Shown: positions 54,275 to 64,000 of the stretch, piece after piece
Layout of the letters: each line of letters begins with the position of its first letter
Position numbering within the stretch: position 1 is the stretch's first letter
Assembly (NCBI RefSeq): GCF_009914755.1
Contig: NC_060928.1
Direction: 5' to 3' (one strand)
From: the human T2T-CHM13v2.0 reference genome, Homo sapiens
DNA length: 64,000 nt
Program-made: the position numbers and the translations under genes
Notes under the pieces: generated by a model
The model's database searches: none
Told to the model about the DNA's origin: nothing
What the model saw: only the letters and a program-made list of their open reading frames with translations

Positions 54275-55310
54275 CTCATATGTTTGTTGGTTGCTTGTAT
54301 GTCTTCTTTTGAAAAATGTCTGTTCATGTGCGTTGCCTACTTTTTAATGGGGTTATTTTTTTCTTGTTGTTTGAGCTCCTTGTAGATTCTAGACATTAGC
54401 CCTTTGTTGGACGCATTGTTTGTAAATATTTTCTCCCATTCTGCAGGTGGTCTGTTTGCTCTGTTGATTATTTCTTTTGCTATGCAGAAGCTTTTTAGTT
54501 CAATTAAGTCTGATTTGTCTATTTTTGTTTCTGTTGTGTTTCCTTTTGGGGACTTAGTCAGATATCACTAATCATCAGAGAAATGCAAATTAAAACCACA
54601 ATGAGATACCATCTTCTACGCCAGTCAGAATGGCTATTAGAAAGTCAAAAAACAGATGTTGGTGAGGATGTGGAGAAAGGGGAACACTTATACACAGTTG
54701 GTGGGGCTGTAAATTAGTACAATCTCTATGGAAAACAGCATGGAGATTTCTCAAGAACTAAAAACAGAACTACTAATTCAACAATCCCACTAGTGGGTAT
54801 CTACCCACAGGAAAAGAAATCATTTTGCCAAAAAGACACCTGCACTCATACATTTATCACAGCATTATTCACAATAGCAAAGTCGTGGAATCAACCAAAG
54901 TGTCCATCAATGGATGACTAGATTAAAAAATGTGGTATATATACACCATGGAATACAAGGCCATAAAAAAGAATAAAATCACATCATTTGCAGCAACATG
55001 GATGGAACTGGAGGCTATTATTCTTAGTGAAATTACTCAGAAACAGAAAGTCAAAACCACATGTTCTCACTTATAAGTGGGAGTTAAACAATGGGTACAC
55101 AGAGACATACAGAGTGGAATAATAGACACTGGAGACTCCAAAAGGTGGGAGGGTGGGAGGGGAGTGCAGGATGAAATACTGCCCATTAGGTCATACTACA
55201 TATGGGTACACTAAAAGCCCAGACTTCACCACTACACACTATATCCATGTAACCTGACTGTAACTGTACCCCTAAATCCATAAAAACAAAAACATTTTTA
55301 AAGAAAAAAA
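54275..55310 (+). mobile_element. L1PB-like 3' fragment with 5' inversion (twin priming)
   Basis: About 54275-54560 antisense ORF2, then sense ORF2/3'UTR from 54564 to poly(A); degenerate TSD AGAAAGTGTGTAT/GGACAGTGTGCAT. Confidence 0.85.
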
Positions 55311-55723
55311 AAGGACAGTGTGCATGTCTTGGCAAATTAAGGCATCCCAGTTGTGTCAGAGAAATGCTTTACCATACAGCTCCTGCCACTCTTCTACTAC
55401 ACCCCATATCCTCCAGCCACACGCAGACCATGTAGTTGCTGCTATCAAACGCATACTCATCTCACAGCCGTGCCTCTGGACCTGCTGTTCCCTCTGTCTA
55501 GAGACACCTTCACCCTCTAGCCCACTCTTTTTTTGCCATCCTATTCTTTCAGAGTTCAAAGGTCACCCCGGCCTGGAAAGTTATCTCTAACCCTCTCCCT
55601 TAGGTTGAGGTAAGTGGTCTTCAGCAAGTTCTCTGGTGAACACTATTCTCAAAAGACTTCTACTGTTTTATAATAACTAAACCCTGAATGTCAGGAATGT
55701 TGTATTTCATCGATGCAATCCTA

Positions 55724-56120
<397 letters not shown>

Positions 56121-57030
56121 AACACTATTCTATTAACTAAAAATTATTATAGGTCTGCCTTGCTTAAGGAAAATTCAGACTACATAAAAGGTAAACTAGG
56201 ATCGATTATTAACTTTATATAAGATTATTCACTTTTTATAATTCAATGTGGGTTTCTTTTAAAATCAAATTTCAATTGATTATTTACTCAAGCATTTAAT
56301 GATCTTGTACTAATTATGGCATAGTTGCTAAGATAAAAAGGCAAATAAGATGGCCCCTTTCCTTGAGAAAATAACTGTCTGTTGAAGAACAAGGAAATAA
56401 TTATACACATGCATTAGAACAGGTACAAAAAAAAAATCCAGTGAAAAATAATGCATCAAGTTCTTAACCGAAGTTTTCTCTAGGAGATAAGAGGAGGAGA
56501 TAAGGACAACTTGCACTTTTCATTGGTTGCAATTCTATATTATCTACATTTTTCAGAACAAGCATGTATTATTTTTCTAAGGAGAAAAAATGGGTAAAGT
56601 TATGTTTTTAAAAGAAACAATTATAGGAAACACTAACAAGTGCTGCCTTGATTCACTTGATTTACGTAAGAATAGTTAGGGCTCTAAAATACATCTTAAA
56701 GGAAGGGATGACAGATCTTTGGACACTTGAAGGTTCAGGATGGATTTTTCACTTTCACTCCTAACCTTTAACTCCCTCACCCTCAGTCTTCCAAATTCTC
56801 AATTCACTTTATAATAATAAAGTACACACCTTGCCCCTGGGGCCACTCTTGTGTTGAGAAAGGAAATATTGTACTCTGCACTTTGCAATACCAGCTATTC
56901 AACTGATCCTGGCATTTTCCATGCTGGATTTCTGTGGTCACTGAATGATCTTGTTGCTTTATATGGCATTCAAAAGTGATACCACTATGTTATTCTGCAG
57001 AATTGAGAAGAGCCTCTCTATTCCTTTTCA

Positions 57031-57249
<219 letters not shown>

Positions 57250-57955
57250 TCAGTTAACTGTTTTCATTTGTTTAAACATCACATACCAAAGAAATAAAGA
57301 ACACTATAAGTCAAAAAAACAAATGACAAAACTGAGAAAATAAATTTGCAACTCAAATCACAAAGGACCCCTTACTACGCAGAGTGCCTAGAAGAAAGAG
57401 ATCAACAGTCCAATTAAAAAAGACAAAACATAATAAAAATTCACATAAAAAGAAATACAAATGGCTCTTATACATATGAAAAGATACTCAACTTTGAGAA
57501 ACACATATGAAAACTAAATTGAGATAAAAATTTTCACCTATCACTGGCAAAACCCTACATCTGACAACACACTCTAGGGAGTTGAATACTCTTATGTATT
57601 TCTAATGAGGTTACAAAATGGCCCTACCTTTGTGAAGGACAACTTAAAAATTGTTTATTGTGTGTTTATATGTGTATATAAATATATATATATATACGTA
57701 CCTACATATAAAACATTCATGCGTCAATGTTAATATGCTCAAAGACTGTCAGGAAGAACACACTAGAAACATATAATAATGGTTGCTTCTGAGTAGGGGA
57801 ACTGCATGGACAGGAGACAGGAGTAAGAGACTTGCCTTTCACTCTATACCCTGGCACCTTCTGAATATTGTATCATATACACACATTACCTACTCAAAAA
57901 AGTTAGCAAAATTTCCTTTACCATTGTTAGTACAATACACTTAGACGGTCTAGTC

Positions 57956-58205
57956 TTTTTTTTTTTTTTTTTTTGAGACAGCATCTCACTCTGTCACCCA
58001 AGCTGGCGTACAATGGCATAATCGTAGCTCACTGTGGCTTCAAACTCCTGAGCTCAAGTGATCCTCCTGCCTCCGCCTCCCCAGTAGCTGGAACTACAGG
58101 TGCAAGCCACCATGCCCAGGGAATTATGTTGCCCAGGCTAGTTGCAAACTCTTGGCCTCAAGTAATCGTCCCACCTTGGCCTCCCAAAGTGCTGGGATTT
58201 TAAGT
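57956..58205 (-). mobile_element. AluJ, internally deleted (intron 1)
   Basis: Alu consensus lacking the middle A-rich linker. Confidence 0.85.
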
Positions 58206-59049
58206 GTTAGTTTTTTTGTTATTTTGAACTGAGTACTTTGCAGCTACATGTACAAATGGGGTTAGTTCTTAGTACTTAACCAATAAACTAGAGGAAATTA
58301 AGATAAAAGCAAATAGATTATATAAAAGACTTCAAATATGAACTTTAATATTCTACTTCTAAAAGAAAGTCTTTCAACTGATGTTTGGATATGCTGCCTA
58401 TTAGATAAATTCTGAGCTTTCCTTCCCTATAGAGGGATACAAGAGAAAAGGGATTTGGGGCTAAAGAAAGTTCAGATCCTGAAGAAAAATGGTCAAATGA
58501 CTAAAGTCCCTGTAATCATGTTTAAGCTTCACTAAGTTTAAGCTTTATTCATTTAGACATATTTATGAAGCATATACTCTGTGCCAGAACTATGCTAAGA
58601 ACTGGGAATACAATGGTGGCTAAGAGAAAGGGGGCTTCTGCCTTCATGCAGCTCATAAATCAAAAGAAAGAAATACAGTTAAATAAGCAATAACAATAAA
58701 AGATCAATCCAACAACAGGACAAGCACAGGGTCCTGCAAAGGCATAAAACAAAACTATCTAAGTTAGTTAGCTAGTTTTAGGAGGAGGGAGAGAGGAATC
58801 AGAGGGTCTTTTCCAAAGGGGATCTAAATTTACACAACAGAGAAGTCAAGGAGAAGCCTCAAGCTAAAACCTTGAGAAATGGTCAGTCCAGACCTGAATT
58901 CAGGTTGTCCTGGACAGACTCATACTTGGTGCACTCCACAGTAACAATGGCTAATATTTACGGAGTGCTCACAAAGCATCAGGCAGTGTTCTAAATGCTT
59001 TATATGTCTAAACTTATTTAATCTTCAATGACATCTTTATATTAAACTT

Positions 59050-59183
59050 ATTTATTTATATATTTACATTAGAGACAGGGTCTCGCTCTCTTGCCGAGGC
59101 TGGAGTGCAGTAACAAGGTCATAGTTCACTACAGCTTCTGACTTCCAGGCTCAAGCAATACTTCCACCTCAGCCTCCCAAGTA
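59050..59183 (-). mobile_element. Alu right-arm fragment (intron 1)
   Basis: Alu consensus match. Confidence 0.8.
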
Positions 59184-62100
59184 ACATCTTTACATAGTAG
59201 GTACTGTTAATAACCCTATCTTACAGATGAGGAAACAGATAAACAGAGTGGTTTAAGTAAAACACAGTAGGTTTAACTACTTTCTTTACCCTGGAGCTAT
59301 GAGTATAGTTCACAAGGGACAGAGGAGTAGCTGATCCTATCCTCCTAGGCTAGAGAAGAGAGAATACCACTTCACAGCTATTATTTCCTGGTACAATTAG
59401 AACAGAAGGTTCCACTAAAAAGAAAAAAATTCTAGACAGAAAGACGTGTAACCACTTATAGTGTTTTCTGTCAGGAACAAAACTTCCTTGGCCAAAAATC
59501 TGTATTAAAAGTACCGTATTCACTTACTGATAGGAATCTGTAGAGCTCCCCTACAGATGACAAGGGTTCCTACAGTGAAGGGGAAAGTAAGAAGACTTCT
59601 CAGTTCTATGTCTGCCACTTGTAAGCTGAGTGACACTAGACAGTAAAGTATCTTAAGGCTTAAGTCTTTGTTTCATCTGTAAATGAGGGAAGAGAACAGC
59701 TACCTCACAGAGTCGTTAAGAGATGACAATATTAATGATGTTATGACAACCGTAATAACAGATACATGGCACTTACTGTACCAGGTGGTTTCACAGAACA
59801 CTTTTGACTCTCACAACAAGCCTATTCGATAGGCACTATTTTTATTACAACCATTTTACAAATACAGAAACTGACGCAGAGAGGGAGTAATTGTGCCCAA
59901 GACCACACAGGTAAAAAAAGGCTAAGGTGGTATTCCAACCCAGACAGTCTGGCTGCAGTCTGTGTCCTAAGTCCAATGCTGTCACTCTGTACTCCCTAAA
60001 TCTCTCCATACACTTCAGTTTCACCTGTTCTTTTGTCCCTACTGATTCCTAGCAATGTTTTTTTTTTTTTGTCTTCCATATGACACTTTCATTCCCCATA
60101 CTTTTCTGTGAAGAAAGACGCAGAGGTAGCAAAGACAAGAGACAAGTAGATTGCAAAAAGAAATGTTTTTGTAGAAAAGGGAAAAACTCTATGGGAGATG
60201 AAATAAAATGAGCAAGTTCTGAGGGGTGATGGACAGATCAAAAACAGATGATCTTCAAGACAACATAATCACCCATAAACGTGGTAAAACAAAAAATTAC
60301 ACTTCCAATTTGGTGGAAAGAGTGCCACCTGCTGACACTTTCTGGAATAAGGTAGTTTAGCCCATTTGAAAGAAGCTGTATTGCCTTCTCAAAAACAACG
60401 AAAACCTACTATTGATCAATGAAGGTAACAAGATATAACTTCAACAAAGTAAAACAACGAACACATAATTATCCCACAAAATAAGAATTTAAATAAAGAA
60501 TTATCAAACCTGGAATTCTACTCCTGTCAATTATTGTTTCTGGCATATGGTTGGGGTTCAAAATACATTTGTTGAGCGAATTCTAACATAGTACTATTTA
60601 GTTTTCTGAAAAATCCTGTAATGATCACCTTATTTAGAACCAAACCATGCAGGCTGGTATCTTCCAAACATACACAATCTGTAAGTACAATTTTCTCCAT
60701 TCCCCACTTCTAAGATAATAATGGCTATTTCTTCAGCACATATTATGACAGGCACTGTTCTAAGCACTTAACATATATTAATGAATTTTCGTGACCTCAT
60801 AACGTCCATATTATCATTAATAGTATCTTCATTTTACAGATGAAAAACGGATGCCCAGAGAGGTGAAGTAATTTATCCAAGGTCCCTCAGATGAGCAGGG
60901 TGGAGGTTCACATCCAAGAGGTTTGGCTCCAAAGTTTTGCTCATAACCCCTTTGTTGCCTTCTGTTACATGGCGGAAGGTCCAGCCACTAAGATAGAAGC
61001 CAGAGGTTTAACTGGGGAAATGGGAATAATGGCAGATGTTCATCTATAAGGCTACACTGCCACTCCATGCCACAGACTCCAAGAACAGAATTACAGCCAG
61101 GCTTCAGATTGGAACTGGGCTTGGAAATGCATGCCTCTCAACGTGAATGTGGCCCCAAAACTCATGGGGGTCATACACAGCTTCCCAATGATGGCAGGGC
61201 TGTACCTATCATTCAGTAGGCTTTTATGCTTTGATAGCTGATTGTTATAACTTAGTGCTCTAATCCCAAATAGGTCGTGCATAAATCTAGAATACCAAAA
61301 GCAAGGCCTAATTCGGGTCTTGTACGGGCAAAAGTGGAGTAAATGTACCTAGGCCTTTGACTACATCTCCATACACTGCAATGGCAAATGTCATCATCTA
61401 GATTGGCTGGAGTTCATCCTTCACTTCTTCCTCCACGCTATCCAGCTTCTTCAGATATGTTCTTGTCTAGTCTCGTTTCCCATTTTCCACACCCACTTGG
61501 TGTTCCAGGTCAGGCTCGTATTCTTAGTGTTCTTACACTCCACCCTTGGGTCTTTGCAAAAGTACTTCCCGCACTAAGATCTCTTCCCTCCTCTGCAAAA
61601 TCAACTTGTCCTTTGGAGTATAATTTCTTCTCGAAACTTTCCAGCAAGGGATCCACAGTAATTTCTCTTTTTCCTGTAGCACTTGCTTTTGTATCACTCA
61701 TATTTGATCCATATTTTCCTAGCTCACCAAATAGTCTTTTTCAACTAGACCAGAGTTCCTTGAAAGCAAAGGGTTTCCATAGCTTTTTATATCTCTATGG
61801 CCGGACAACGTAGTAGGAACTTATTAATTCACTTAACACTACTGGAGAAGCCAATCAATCAACAAGCGCATAAGGTTAGTTAGTGGTGAGTGCTATTAAG
61901 AAAAATTGCGGATAAAGCGATAGAAAGTGAGGTTGGTAGGTGTTAATTAAAATAGGAAGGTCAGGAAAATCTTTCTGTCGGGGGCGATTGTAAGCTGACA
62001 GGCAGTCCGTAAGCGCTGTCCCTGCTGCGTTCAAATGAATTAAATCTTTGCCTTATGGGTGATGCAGGTAAAAGAGCTCCGACTCAGCATCAAAACACAG

Positions 62101-62364
62101 AGTTCTTCTGGTCTGGCTCTGACGAGGAGCCTTAGTTTCCTCAGCGTCTTAACTGTCTTAAGGATTGTCTTTGTGGGCCTTACAAGATTGCGGGGAGAAT
62201 CAAACATTCTAATAAATGAAGGAGGGCCACGAGAACGGAACCTTCCGCTTGAGTCACCATTTAAACAAGTGTTTGTGGAATGAGAATTATCTTGCCCGCT
62301 TCAGGTGCTCAGGATGCAGACAGACGTGAAACTGGCGGGTCCTTTAGGAGACTGTCCCGACTGC

Positions 62365-62511
62365 GTGTCCTGAGGTGACTCGCCCCAGGGCGCACGGCAG
62401 CCGGCAGCCAAGCTCAAGCTTTCAGGCTCTCATTTCAAAGTGTCCCGAGGTGATTCGCCCCAGGGCGCACGGCACCCGGCAGCCAAGCCCAAGCTTTCAG
62501 GTTCTCATTTC
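62365..62511. repeat. 75-bp tandem duplication in COQ2 intron 1 CpG island
   Basis: GTGTCC(T/C)GAGGTGA(C/T)TCGCCCCAGGGCGCACGGCA...CTCATTTC x2 starting 62365 and 62440. Confidence 0.95.
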
Positions 62512-62569
62512 CATCACGCCCCGGCCGGCCGCCGCGGACAGCTCCGCGGAGCCGACTCGGCGGCTGCTA

Positions 62570-63019
<450 letters not shown>

Positions 63020-63059
63020 TTACTCTAGGGAGGAATACTTAATGAAAAAGGGATTTCTA

Positions 63060-63628
63060 TTGGCAAAAGGCAAAAAAATTACAATAAATTTAGTTGTAAT
63101 TTTTTACAACTCGATCTTGATTGACTTTGTGGTTCCATTATCGGGCAACACTCAGAACGGGGTCTCTGAGGAAACAAACAAAAAATAGAATCGGGCAACA
63201 CCTTATTCTGTAAAATAGAATAAGTGTTCCAAAGAGTCGAGCGGAGGAAGTTGGCTTTATAGACAGAAAAAGGGCTGAAGAAAGCAGAAGCAGAGAACAA
63301 AAAGCGGATTGGTCACTTCAAATTACTTTCATTGCGAGGCGGGGACAGGGAAACAACAACAGAGAAATAACGGATTGGTTAACATTAGGTTACACCAGGT
63401 TAAGGACTAAAACAGGAAACTTAATTGTCATGACGATTGCATTTTGAAATGGCCTGGTTGGAAAATTGGCTGTTGTCTCTCTTTCCTGACTTCTCAGAAT
63501 GTCAGATACAACTTAGTTTTAGTTTGGTGACTTGGAACTTTAGCATGGGTGACTCTTGATTCTTAGTCTGATCTGTTGGGACCTAGTGCAGGAACTTAGT
63601 TCAAAACAATGGCCCCCTATAATTTAAC
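63060..63628 (-). mobile_element. ERV1 (MER4-group) solo LTR, same orientation as COQ2
   Basis: Minus strand begins ...ATAGGGGGCCATTGTTTTGAACTAAGTTCCTGCACTAGG...GAGTCACCCATGCTAAAGTTCCA, typical of MER4-group LTR U3; has CCAAT x2, GC box and TATA; subfamily uncertain. Confidence 0.65.
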
Positions 63629-63949
63629 CCTATTATCAGCTTTCTCCATAAAATGAAAAGGATAGTGTTTATTCATATGGAACAGTTGTACCAGGAAAAA
63701 AAAAAAAAAGCTTTGAAAAACCTACTGAATCCAAAAGAAGAATTTGCGTACACGTTTAGCCATAAAAAAAAAAAAGGGCACCAAGTGGCCACATACAAGA
63801 CTGTAAATTAAAATCGCATTCAGGGTTAAGGGATGTTCATTACACAAGTGAAAATTTTAAATTTGACAGCCCTTCAAAGGAGTTTTTGTAATCAGTAGAC
63901 AACCAGCATGTGTGATGCTAAGAACCTGAAGCTGAAAAGTCTGGTCAGC

Positions 63950-64000
63950 AGAGTCTTGCTCTGTCATCCAGGCTGGAGACCAGTGGAGGGATCATGGCTC
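63950..64000 (-). mobile_element. Alu fragment running off the window
   Basis: CAGAGTCTTGCTCTGTC..CCAGGCTGGAG. Confidence 0.75.

Overview
Primate (almost certainly human) genomic DNA, about half interspersed repeats. The right third holds the complete 7-exon COQ2 gene (4-hydroxybenzoate polyprenyltransferase, UbiA family) on the minus strand. Its exons join with GT-AG splice sites into a 1116-nt CDS (371 aa), with a CpG-island promoter and an optional 50-codon upstream extension. The left two thirds are intergenic and contain: a near-full-length L1PA element whose 5'UTR was spliced before insertion (SpIRE), a processed AMT pseudogene made from an exon-2-skipped mRNA, a 3'-deleted TPT1 retrocopy, two independent HERV-H (LTR7-family) solo LTRs 508 bp apart, and many Alu, MaLR, ERV1, L2, Tigger and old L1 copies plus several local duplications. 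I see no wholly new biological system. The most promising lead is a sense-oriented ERV1 LTR (CCAAT/GC/TATA, no poly(A) signal) directly upstream of COQ2 that could drive the long, N-terminally extended isoform. Repeat subfamily names and parent-gene comparisons come from recalled consensus sequences, not alignments. Repeat boundaries are approximate unless a TSD is given.
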